DNA of 64,000 bases from Zygnema circumcarinatum SAG 698-1b (lineage: Eukaryota; Plantae; Zygnematophyceae). A program made the translations under genes and the position numbers. The stretch spans positions 3,410,001 through 3,474,000 of the forward strand of contig CM074806.1 of the NCBI GenBank assembly GCA_037447605.1, given 5' to 3'. Every line of letters starts with the position of its first letter. The first letter of the stretch is position 1. The notes beneath the pieces were generated by a model. The model was not told the DNA's origin. It did not search any database and saw nothing but the letters and a program-made list of their open reading frames with translations. Below are positions 53,787-64,000 of the stretch, in pieces.

Positions 53787-54485
53787 GGGGGCGACTATTT
53801 ACAGTGTACGGATTCTGAATGTAGTGTACGATTTCGCCGGGCAGCAAAAAAAAGGTTTTTTTGCCGAAAAATGCTGTTTCACACTTTTCAGAATAGATAC
53901 AGACCTTTTATCGTCGGATGTACGGATGGTGATTTGAAATGTACGAAGCGCGCGCGTCTACAAGGTGTAAGGGCGCAACACGTGGAGCGACATGATTGGC
54001 CGGGACAACATATGACGTGTCAAGTATGTTTGGGACCGTGACGTGACGAAACGAGACGCGACAAAAGTGGAGTCCGCGGACGGCAGTCGGAAATGGCGGG
54101 AAAAAAACTGACAGATTTTTCCTGAAACACGCTAAGTTATGTGCCCTATCTTTTTCTGTCAGTTTCAATCCCCGCCATTTCCGACTGCCGTCCGCGGACT
54201 CCACTTTTGTCGCGTCTCGTTTCGTCACGTCACGGTCCCAAACATACTTGTCACGTCATATATTGCCGCGACCAATCATGTCGCTCCACGTGTTGCGCCC
54301 TTATACCTTGTAGACGCGCGCGCTTCGTACATTTCAAATCACTATCCGTACATCCGACGAAAAAAGGTCTGTATCTATTCTGAAAAGTGTGAAACAGCAT
54401 TTTTCGCCAAAAAAAACCTTTTTTTTGCTGCCCGACGAAATCGTACACTACATTCAGAATCCGTACACTGTAAATAGTCGCCCCC
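53787..54485. mobile_element. Non-autonomous Mutator-like foldback element (MITE) with ~315-bp TIRs and a 9-bp TSD
   Basis: Ends GGGGGCGACTATTTACAG...CTGTAAATAGTCGCCCCC; the arms are near-perfect reverse complements; CATAAGAAA duplicated at 53778-53786 and 54486-54494. Confidence 0.94.
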
Positions 54486-55042
54486 CATAAGAAAATGTTC
54501 TTTTGTACACCTAAAGATGCCGTACGGTGCTATATCTTTTTACAAGAAAAAAAATGCTCAAAGATACGCCGAATTTCAATCCTGGTCCCACGGTGTCGCA
54601 AAGTTGAAGTTGACCTCCGATAAAGGCCCGCCGTCATTTGGCCGTTTCCATGCTCGACCGCCCGTTCCAGTTCCTCAAGGTGCAAACCAGCCCCACGGAT
54701 AGGGTTGGGGGCACGGTCCCCCTCCGACCCGTGCCCCTTTTTCGTGCCCCGTGACGTGACTGCATTGAGCAATTCAAATCGGCCCCAAAAAGAATATAAT
54801 ATTTAAAAAACGGCACGGATGAAGGTACGGAAAGTACAGATGAATGTACTAAACGTACGGATCAAGGTACAAATGTACGAAAAATATGAAAAGTACGGAC
54901 AGTACTCAACACAACTCTCAAAACTGAGGATCCAGCACAGCACAGTTTTTTAGCTTTTAGTTCTCACCTCTCAACTCTCCTTATGCCACTTCTCACTTGT
55001 ATTACCCCTCTTATCTCTTGTCTGCCTCCCACTCCTCACCCT

Positions 55043-55050
55043 GAGAGAGA

Positions 55051-55093
<43 letters not shown>
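55043..55093. repeat. (GA)n microsatellite
   Basis: Seen directly. Confidence 0.9.
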
Positions 55094-55097
<4 letters not shown>

Positions 55098-55405
55098 AAT
55101 TGAAAATGGAAATCGGAAATGTGGAATGTGGAAATCGGTCTTCTATTTTCAACACCCTCCCAAGAGTCTCCCAAGTCTCTGGTGTGTTAAGCAGGTCGTG
55201 AAGACAACAAAATCGAACAGATTTTTGCGTGTTACTATTACTGTACACATAGTTACTGAGTGAGATCAATGCCAAATCATTTTACTGAGTGCTTTTTCTC
55301 TCTTTTCTTTTTTGTTAGAAAGAGATAGTTGCGATGCGGAACTGAACGCTGTCTTCAATCGTCACCGGCCCGGGCCCGGTCGTACGAGGTAAGCGTCACG
55401 TGACA

Positions 55406-55524
55406 GGGGGCACGGGGGGGCACGAAATATATGGGGAAAATTTTTGGAGGCGTGCCCCGGGCACGGACGGTCAAAAATGGGGGGCATGCCCCCCCCCCGG
55501 GCATGCCCGTGCCCCCGTGCCCCC
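55406..55524. mobile_element. Possible tiny inverted-repeat element (GGGGGCACGGGGGGCACG ... CGTGCCCCCGTGCCCCC)
   Basis: Terminal inverted repeats visible; no TSD found; a related GGGGGCACGG...CCGTGCCCC motif occurs at ~54706-54750. Confidence 0.4.
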
Positions 55525-55744
55525 AACCCTACCCACGGAGGTCTTCCGCACGTGCGACTCCAGCATGGAGGCCGTAAGGCCGACGGCGGAATCGCCTCCA
55601 ATAAAAAGCACGCCACGCTATTGCCACGTGGCCATGAGATACATCTCTGGCTCAAATTCCTGCCACGTGGCGGCAGGTCGAATCATTCGCTCTGTGGTCG
55701 CCACGTCGAAGTCGCTCCATCGTTTATACATTCCTTTTTTTTGG

Positions 55745-56686
55745 AGAATGATACTGCACCCCCCCTGGATATACCCCCCCCCCTTTCAAAATTTTACCCT
55801 CCCTTTTTGGATATCCCGCCCCTTGTTTTGGAAATTTCACCCCCTATTTTGGATATCTTGCCCCCTTGTTCTGGATATTTCGGGAGGAGATATCCCCTGC
55901 CTTCCCCTCCTCTCCTCTACTCTTGTCGGCTTCTCATGTCCACACAAATGCTACCAACTGAGTATGAGACCCGCGATGAGCTTGTACAAGTCATCACCGA
56001 GCACTACAAGCACGAAGGAGTTCACATCAAGATCGGCAGGCATAACGACAAATTTGGCTGCAACTGCGGTGGTTCGATAGTTTTGGCTGTCAAACCACCG
56101 CAGTTGCAAAACCCCCACCCGGTTACGAAGAAACGAGGTTGATAATCAACCGGGACAAAAGCCATTTTAATTACGTTGAGTGTAAAAAAATGTTCCACTT
56201 GCAAGCAACCAGGTCACAACTTAAGAATTTGCCTTAATTAGGGGGTTTACAATCCTAACCCCAAAACATAGAGTAACGATTGCCCCACATCGGTGACCTT
56301 CGCGGCTGCATTCGGGGCTGCGTTGTTGCGCTTAGGCCTAGTTTAATTTAGTTTTCTACTCCTAGTTCTTTTATTTTGTGTTTAGCTCCTTTGTGACCAG
56401 TTTCTCGTCGTTCCCCATGCTGACCTCCTCCATGTTCATTTGATGGCCTCACCGTCGTGAGATCAATGCAAATCCCCGTTTCTTTTGTTGCACGACGTTG
56501 GAAGTTAGTAGTGAAAAGGATAAAACGGGGGGCGGGATATCCAAAATAGGGGGGGTGAAATATCCAGAACATGGGGGCGGGGTAACCAAAATGCGAGGGC
56601 ACATTTTTCAAAAAGGGGTGGGATATCCAAAATGGGCCCTGGGGGGGGGGGGGGGGGGNNNNNNNNNNATGATGCAGTATCATTCT
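55745..56686 (+). mobile_element. Internally deleted DNA transposon (MULE/FAR1-like derivative) with inverted subterminal TTTTGGATATCC repeats
   Basis: AGAATGATACTGCA (55745) and TGCAGTATCATTCT (56673-56686); subterminal arrays 55760-55870 are inverted relative to 56527-56658; a gap at 56659-56668; no clean TSD. Confidence 0.7.
55948..56241 (+). pseudogene. MULE/FAR1-like transposase remnant with two in-frame stops
   Basis: MLPTEYETRDELVQVITEHYKHEGVHIK...LQNPHPVTKKRG**STG...KKCSTCKQPGHNLRICLN*, all in one frame; the CxxC-x4-H-x4-C knuckle after NPxxV..RG is typical of MULE C-termini. Confidence 0.65.
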
Positions 56687-56940
56687 TCTTTTTTGTTTTT
56701 GGTTAGGTTCGACAAACCGTGCAATCGACCATGCAATCGATTTTACCGCCGGCCAGATTGGTGGGCAGCAAACGAGTTTGACCCTAATACCTGATTAGGA
56801 CGAGAGGGGGGGGGGGGGAGGGGGAACAGGACAATCGGTCATTTTAAACAGCTTTGCATCTGACATGAAACCCTTCAATAGAAGTCGAATGTCTGGAGTC
56901 TGGGTCCATGGAGAAGGGTGATTTAAACCCCTACAGAGAG

Positions 56941-57013
56941 ATGTGGCATTGACCTCACGATGGCGACGCCATCAAATGTACATGGACAAAATCATCATAG
57001 GGAACCACGAGAA
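56941..57013 (+). repeat. ~73-bp dispersed direct repeat, copy 2
   Basis: Matches 52660-52737. Confidence 0.88.
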
Positions 57014-57822
57014 TCAAAGCACCTCATAGCTGCACTACCTGCACGTCTCCGCATGCTTATTGGTCTGATAGGTCCAGACTCCTGAATGAATCACCCATCC
57101 CTAAATAGCCTAAGCATTTTGTCTCCATGTTACGGGCAGTAGGTCCAACGGCGTCCGTATTGAGCAGAAGAGAAAAGGGTCAGCGCTTTGGAAACTCCAC
57201 AAACTCAGTAAAGGCCAGGGCACCGCAAATGAGGACTTTGAAAAACGAGGGAACAGGGCGCCGCCCTCTGCCTGCCATTCCCAGGAACAAACCGCATCCT
57301 TTTCAGGTGAATCAGCTCAAAAGCACATTGTTTTCGGAGAAGCAACCGGCCGGAATTACCAGTTTCCCTCGCGACGGCAAGAGTGCTTGAACCGCGTGAA
57401 TAGGTGAATCAACGATTCAGCTTAAACAATATTCATGAGATCCCCTTCCTCTTCATGAGACCCTCCCGTGATTGCTGACAATGGTACACTTCTTCGCCCT
57501 GCCCACACTTCTGACCCTGACATGCATGAAATGTAAAAGAATTCCGCAAAACAGCCATTCCCTGGGCAGCCAAAGTAGCAAAAACTGAGAACAACCACTA
57601 AGTGACCCGCATTGGCTGCAATGTTTAACATTATTAAACAATACCTTGCAAGATGTTCTAGTGTAATTTGCATAAGACCAAATCTAGAGAGGGGCCGGAT
57701 CAAAGAAGTAGATACGTCCAGTAGTTCTGCTACTTCACGCATTACGGGGACCCACCTGGGGCGAGGAGGGCAGCCAACACGCCGAGCAAAAAGTGACCTC
57801 CCCAAGCAAGCTCCATCCATAC

Positions 57823-59430
57823 CTGAACAAATCCAAAATTGGGAGGTTCAAAATGTTGTGTCAATGAGCCAACAGATGCTATGCCTAATAGAATCCCTCT
57901 TACAAGGAGAAAAGAGAACGGTTGGGGAGAACGAGAGTGAAAAAGCAACACGCCCACAAGAGATGCATACACCATACGCCACTGACGCAGCTATTTGCCC
58001 TACAAAGTCAAGGACAACAAGGGCGCTGTGTCATCTCCTATGTATTAAACCTCCAGGTATTACCTGCAGAAACCCTACGACGTCGGCCGGAAGCAGCTCC
58101 TGCGAACTCCGACCAAATGCGACAACTGTGAGCCCAACCATTCCGAGCGCCACCACTTGCTGACTCGCTGTCAGATCGAGGGAGACCAGCACTCCCTTAC
58201 TCTCTCCCTCCTTAAAGTCGCCGTCTTTCCCCGCTACTCCACCCGTCACGTCGTTTCCAGGCTCCAATTCCAACGCATTTCCCTCTGCCCCACCCTCCAC
58301 TGCTTGGTTTTTGCTAACCGGCTTCTCAGGTTTCTGGGAAGCCACAAAAAAGGCTTTTTCGCCTGCTAGGAGGTCCTCCCTGTCTGCCCTGGACAGAGAT
58401 AGAGCAAAGCCCGAAATGGGGTCAGCAGGACGGCCAGGAAAAGACGATCCAACCATTCTTCCCTGCCAAGGGTCTCAATCTCGACGTTGCTTAATGAACT
58501 TGGCTGAATTCAAAGAGCTTCGAAGGGTCAGAGCTGCAAGAGACGGGTCTTAGTTTTAGATCTATCCCACAGCGTATTCCCTGGAACAATAATACCTTGG
58601 TGAAAAATCCTCAGCAGTCCTCAGCAATCCTCAGCTCTATATCTTTGCTGTCCAAAAAAAGACGCAGCTATGAAGAAGCTTTGAGGAGATCAAAGTTTTC
58701 AAGGGCCCAAAAATGTTTAGGAAGCACCTGATAGATTGATGAAGCCTGGGCCTCCGTCAGCGTTGGAGGGAGGGGGAGGTCCAAATCCGCTTCGCTGATC
58801 CTCCTGGTTCGCCTGCCCTGCGACCAAGTACGCTCGAAATTGTCATGATGCAAATGGGAAGGTATGACGGAACGATAAAAAAAGGCGCGAAAAGAAAGGG
58901 GGAATACAGCCGCAAATAATAAGAGAAGTGAAACGAGGAGAGGGGGGTTTGGTGCAAGCATTAAAATAATTAACGTTCATACGACACCCGGTGGAGAAGG
59001 TAAGGTATCAAGTATGCCAAAGTGAAAGGGAATACGTGATGTCGTGAAGGAAAGAACGGAAAAGAATATGAACCGAGGCCACACACCGATGCTTATAAAC
59101 TATATAACACTGACGAGACAACAATGAGATGCCATAAAATTGATTAGTAAAGCGGATGGGAAATGTACGAAAGCAACACTGTGAAACAGGCCCTAATTCT
59201 TGAAAGCTGAATGAGACAATAAAGAATCTTCAGGGAACCATCAACTCTTTTCTTCCCAACCCACCCCTCAAATCGTCAGCCGTTTCTTCCCTTCCTAGGA
59301 ACATTCATCAACCCTCGCTTCCCACCGTCTGCCGCCTTCACTTCCATTACATACCGAGCAGCCACCGGATCTTCTCCATACTGTCGCCGCCACCTCCCTG
59401 CCCTCCTCCCATAGCTCCTCGCACCTTCAT
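57823..59430 (-). CDS. Putative uncharacterised membrane protein; tentative exons 59355-59430, 58728-58817, 58500-58533, 58114-58388, 57978-57999, 57823-57898; 3' end unresolved
   Basis: Phase-consistent GT-AG chain giving MKVRGAMGGG...MEKIRWLLG...VVALGMVGLTVVAFGQIAASVAGILLGIASVGSL; no family recognised. Confidence 0.45.
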
Positions 59431-59611
59431 GGCCTTCCCTCTGCCCTCTGCCCCCTCATATTTCACCACCCGGACGCCCCTTCCATCCCGGCATCTATGG
59501 CTGCCCCCCCCCCAGCTGTCTCCCCTCCGCCACCCCGCTGAAGCCTCCCTGCGTCCTCTCCCCACAGCCGTGGCTGCCACCGCTCCTCCCAACCGTCCCC
59601 CGTGCTGAAGC

Positions 59612-59789
59612 GCCACGTGGCAGCCATAGCTTTCCCTGTACATGGGGTTGGGGCGCAGCTTCCTGCCTGGAGAGCGCGCCACGTGCCCACCCTCCCACCG
59701 AGGGGCCCGCGAGGAAAGGGCTCCTACTTCCGTACAGGTTGTGCCCCTACGTTCGTACACGTATGGTACGGCAAAGTACGGTATTGTAC
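59612..59789. promoter_or_regulatory. Bidirectional promoter segment with two G-boxes and five GTAC cores
   Basis: GCCACGTGGC at 59612, GCCACGTGC at 59678; GTAC at 59732, 59755, 59766, 59776, 59786. Confidence 0.5.
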
Positions 59790-59891
59790 GGTCCTTTCAT
59801 CTGGTTGCGTTCGTGAAGTAGCAGGAGGTTGCCGCCCTTGTGGCTGCGGGAAGTCGTCAGCAAAGGAGACGGTGACGCGTCTCCGGCAGCC

Positions 59892-62800
59892 ATGGCGGGC
59901 AGCTCGCGGCACCGCCTCTTCTCCTTCCTCGCTCTGTGTCTTCTTCTTCTTCAGCTGCTGGCAGCTGTGAGAGGGACACGTGGCGTGCTTCTGCCCTACG
60001 GAGACGTGGAGGGGGCGCCATGCGCGGAGGATGCGCGGGTGACGGAGTATCTGGGGGTGCCCTTCGCCATGGCGCCGCTTAGAAGGCTGAGGTTCAGGTC
60101 TCCGATTGCGTTCCATGGGAGATTTCCGGGAGGGAAGCTGCTGGCCACTAGGCCTCCGCCTGCGTGCCCACAATTTCGGCGCTTTGATAAAGATATGGTG
60201 ATGTCAGAGGTGAGGGGCTTGGTGTTGGGATTAGGGTTTGGATTATTTAAGCTGCGCTAGCTGTTTTCTTGAATTGGGTTGGAGGGACTAGACTTTTGAT
60301 TTATTGTGTCAGTGCCTTCATCGTAGTTAGGGTCACGATTAGAGCCAGGGTTAGGGTAGGAAAGATTTAGGGTTCAGGTTTAGGTCAGGTTTAGGTTTAG
60401 GGCTAGGGTTAGCTTGAGAGTCATTGTTTGGGTTAGAGTTAAGATTAGGGATTGGTTCGGAGTAGGTTGGATGTTGGTTCGGGTCATCTGAGCTGTTCAT
60501 CTGCTCCATCACAATGTAGCTAAGTGATGAAGTTGTCGTTGCCATGAACATGAGTGTTTTCTCTAGTGAAGGTTGTAACTTTGGTGTCCTCATCGCCAAC
60601 ATATCCCCAACCTCTTGTCGTTCATGACAAGTTCTGAATTTCCATCGTTCAAAAGTTTGATGTATCATTTGGGAAATTAGCTCGTTGCCTGCTAGAAGTA
60701 AAAAAGTTACAAATTTCTCCAGTCCCGCTGGTTAACGTAGGACTTTCGTTGGTGTAGGATTGTCTCTTTTTGAACATCTGGGCGCCTTCGAATTTGACGC
60801 TTGGCAATTTACCGGTCCGAGTGTTCATCCATGGCGGTGCATGGGCCGGCTGCTCCGCGTCTCTTCCCCCTTTTAGCGGCTGTTATTCCACAGCGTCAAC
60901 TCAAACCATCCTTGTGAACGTTCAGGTTTGCTGGAACTTCTTTTCACTGAAGCTCTGATGTTCCTTACGTCGTATAACTCTTACTCCGTAAATTTACGGA
61001 GTTCATGGCTAATACATGTTGTTGTAAGCATGCTGCCCATCCGTGTGGTTGCGAAGCCTTCGCAGCATTGTATTCTAGAAGAAATCTGGCAAGAACTGGG
61101 TTGTTGTTCCGGCTCATTTGAAGAACGTATGCGTGTAGTATCCTTCATTTCAGTTAGTTAGTTGTTTTTTGTTCCTTACATGTCTAGATAGCTAAAAATT
61201 TATAGAAAACTGAGCGTGCCGTTCGACGTGTTTGTTCACATGACTATTGTCTCGAGCTTTTAGAACGTTGCAAAATGGCGGGAGGTTTGCAGTACAGGCT
61301 GAATGTGCTGGGGTTCTTAGCGCATCCAGGGACATATTCTGAATCGAAGTCCACTGGCAATTGGGGTGGGTCTTCTCCCCATCTTACTAAACGTGGACTC
61401 TCTCCCTCTGCACTTGCCTCCTTACACGCTTCCTTCTCTCGCTTCCCTATCGTTTCTCTTCCCCTTATATTCCGCTCTGCTTTGCATCCATCAACTTTAT
61501 CTCAAGCACCTCTCATCTTGCTTGCATCCGCTTGTGTGGAGCAGGCATTCAAGACCAACAGTTGGCATTGCAATGGGTACAGCGCCACATCGCTGCGTTT
61601 GGGGGTGATCCTTCACGTGTGGTAATATCTGGCCAATCAGCTGGTAAGTTTTTTACATTGCTCTGTGTGCTGACTCTCGATAAATTGATACGATACCAAC
61701 CTGTTGCCTGCTACTTTCGTTGGTCCCCCTTCTTCTCTATGTGTATGATATCAGGACATGTAAACTATATGGGATGGAAGATTTACAATTTATTTGGCAC
61801 TTGTATCTTGCTGAATGACTGTGCAGGTGCGTGGGCAGTAGCTCTCCACATGAGCCTCCCATCATCGGCCGGTCTTTTTTCGGCCGCCATTTCAGAAAGT
61901 GTCCCTGGTTGGGATTTTGCCACTTCTGAAGAGGTACGTACTTCGTCATACTTGTTATAATAATTTCCTTGGGACAGAATGGGTTGAGTAGGCATATTGG
62001 ATCTTTGTTATGCTTTTGTTTTGTCATGTTTCACGAGTGAACTTAGATATTGATGTGTTATATCCCATTTGGAGGGCGGTGGCAGGCATATGTTAACACA
62101 TGGAAAGTGATGGCGGCTTTGGGATGTCCTCGCGATGCTTATGCGGAAGTACAGTTGGCATGCTTGCGGAATGCCGGGTTGGACCGTCTAATGGGGGCAA
62201 TGCCAAGGTTCAATTTGCTTTATCTTTCGGAACCTCAAAACCAACTCTTTGCGCCGGTGGTCGATGGAACTTTCATTGAGAGTCAGATTTTGGAGACCTT
62301 GAAGAGTGGAAATGTCAATAAAGGTAAACAGTTTAGCAAACTGTATGGCCAGTGGATACTTTGTAATGTTTAGGGCTGTACCTTCAAGTCCGACTGCTTG
62401 TTGATACCGGCGAATTTTGAACACATTCAAACGATTTTGCCTACATCCCTATTTCTTATCCCTCTTTTCTCTGCCATTGTTGTGCTTTTGGCAGTTCCCT
62501 ATTTGATTGGGAGTAACAAAGATGAAGGCCTTTTCATGGTGGGCGGTGCATTTACTGACCTTAATTCGCTCAGCGTAAACGACATCATTCAATTTATTGC
62601 AACGGTTTATCCATCAGCAAATTATTCTCGTGTGTTGGAAGCGTACCCTGAATCAGATTATGCAGGTCCTACTTCACAACCTATTATACCTTCGGAAGTC
62701 AATCTAATCGTTGCCATATTTCCACGTCGTTTGTGTGATCAATCACATTTACTTTCGCTTGGGTACACTTTGTCCGCCATTCTCCACCATTCTCTCAACC

Positions 62801-63533
62801 ATTCTCTGAAATTTACCTGTTTCCTCATGTATGTATGTGCTGTTGTCTGCAGCCTATGAAGCCCCTTCATATCGTCGGCTCGCTCACATGTGGACTGACA
62901 TTTATATGACATGTCCACTTGACCGGGCAGTGCGGATGCTATCTATGCAAAAGGTTCCAATCTATCGCTATTGGATGACACATGTGCCGAGCTGCCCATA
63001 TCGGGATCTAGGTTTGGGATCTGGAGGGGTGGCGCATGATGACCAAATATTCTTTGTGTTCAACAACACTAAAAGTTCGTTCCCAAGTAGACAATGCACC
63101 TTCACAAAGGTATGAATTTTTTTTTTTTCTTTTTTTTTTTCGTTTCGTTTTGTGTTTTCGCATTCAAGCAGCTTTCTGATTTGGCAGGTCAAAGGAACTT
63201 TCTCAGAATCTTCTTCGTCTTCATGTCCCGTACTCCTTTTAATTCTCAATTGGATTCTGGATGGAGCAGGACGAGCAAGATCTTGCCAATCAGATTGTCT
63301 TCGCTTGGGCAGCCATGGCCCGTGATGGCCATCCCTCGGTGCTCGATGGCATTGTGCCATGGCCGACATGGGACCCCATGAGGCAGCAGACCATGATCCT
63401 CGACATGCCTCTGCAATCATCTAAACTGGATTTCCAACAGCGGTGCTCTGTGTTTCGCCAAGAAGCGGTGTTCTTGGCTGATGGCATCTCTTCTCATAAT
63501 TCAGAAACTCACCCTACCAAAGAGGTGGCGTGA
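59892..63533 (+). CDS. Secreted type-B carboxylesterase/cholinesterase-family alpha/beta hydrolase. Exons 59892-60209, 60758-60925, 61293-61365, 61545-61643, 61827-61933, 62086-62323, 62495-62665, 62853-63109, 63270-63533
   Basis: Signal peptide; [14 protein letters not shown]; ACPQ...[12 protein letters not shown]; VFIHGGAW; [10 protein letters not shown]; [29 protein letters not shown]; GQSAG (Ser), SNKDEG (Glu), [11 protein letters not shown] (His); [10 protein letters not shown]. Confidence 0.93.
60328..60450 (+). repeat. Degenerate telomere-like (T)TTAGGG repeats in intron 1 of the carboxylesterase gene
   Basis: TTTAGGG at 60366 and 60396 among TTAGGG/TTTAGG variants. Confidence 0.7.
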
Positions 63534-64000
63534 CATCATTTTTTTTTTTTTTAGCTTCTGCGTTCTTATTCAGGGTATATTACTTCACCGGTATTTCCTC
63601 CTTCCGATTTAGGGTGTGCCTTTTGGTTTGCCATGTAATAAGACAAGAAGTTCTAGACGAGAGTCATGTGTAGATTTAAAAATATGAGGGTCAAGTTTCC
63701 AAAGTGGCATGAGTACAAAAGCTTCTGCATATGGAACAAATTTGCATTGGTGCTCGTGTTGAATGAATGGGAGTCCAAAGACAACACTTTCACAAAGCAA
63801 GAATTAACCCTTCGTCTCTTACTATGCTTATTGGGACCCAAATTACAGACGTTTAAGGGCACAACGTTTGCAACAGGCGACCTTCAAAAAAGAACCGAGT
63901 CACACCTTTATTAAAACAAGACCTTAAAATCAAAACAAGCTAAGCTAGGGACTCTATCCATCTAACTTCTACGATTTTTTTTGACAAGCAAGCACAACTG

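Noticed and set aside
53775-54477. Mirror-image ORFs on both strands
   Set aside because: They are a by-product of the MITE's inverted arms.
57612-58163. 183-aa plus-strand ORF
   Set aside because: It has no motifs and overlaps the better-supported minus-strand exon chain.

Overview
Eukaryotic, intron-rich, green-lineage DNA. The gene set, TTTAGGG-like tracts and purine/pyrimidine microsatellite-rich introns suggest a streptophyte alga or early-diverging land plant; this is inference. Genes reconstructed by hand from GT-AG junctions: 3' part of a methionyl-tRNA synthetase (+), a CYP71-clan cytochrome P450 (+), branched-chain keto-acid dehydrogenase E1-alpha (-) with a ~1.55 kb (TC)n tract in intron 1, a Tat-signal thylakoid-lumen-type protein (+), a secreted Ole e 1-like/root-cap-domain protein (-), the DEP1-type Met-salvage dehydratase/enolase-phosphatase (+), a strictosidine-synthase-like/APMAP-like protein (+), a VIN3/VEL-family protein carrying an extra canonical PHD finger (-), a clade A PP2C (-), an unidentified membrane protein (-) and a secreted type-B carboxylesterase (+). 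An intact Ty1/copia element and a second related copia element joined at its 3' LTR end both sit in an intron of the root-cap gene. The 52.6-57.1 kb region holds a Mutator-type foldback element with a 9-bp TSD and a deleted MULE transposase derivative. No rRNA, tRNA or CRISPR array was recognised. Six 10-N scaffold gaps limit some conclusions. Most notable: the VIN3-like protein with an added PHD of the unmethylated-H3K4-reader type, the GDPH-containing Ole e 1/root-cap fusion, the copia-copia junction, perfect ER-stress elements in the MITE arms, and strong enrichment of the GCCACGTGGC G-box near gene starts.
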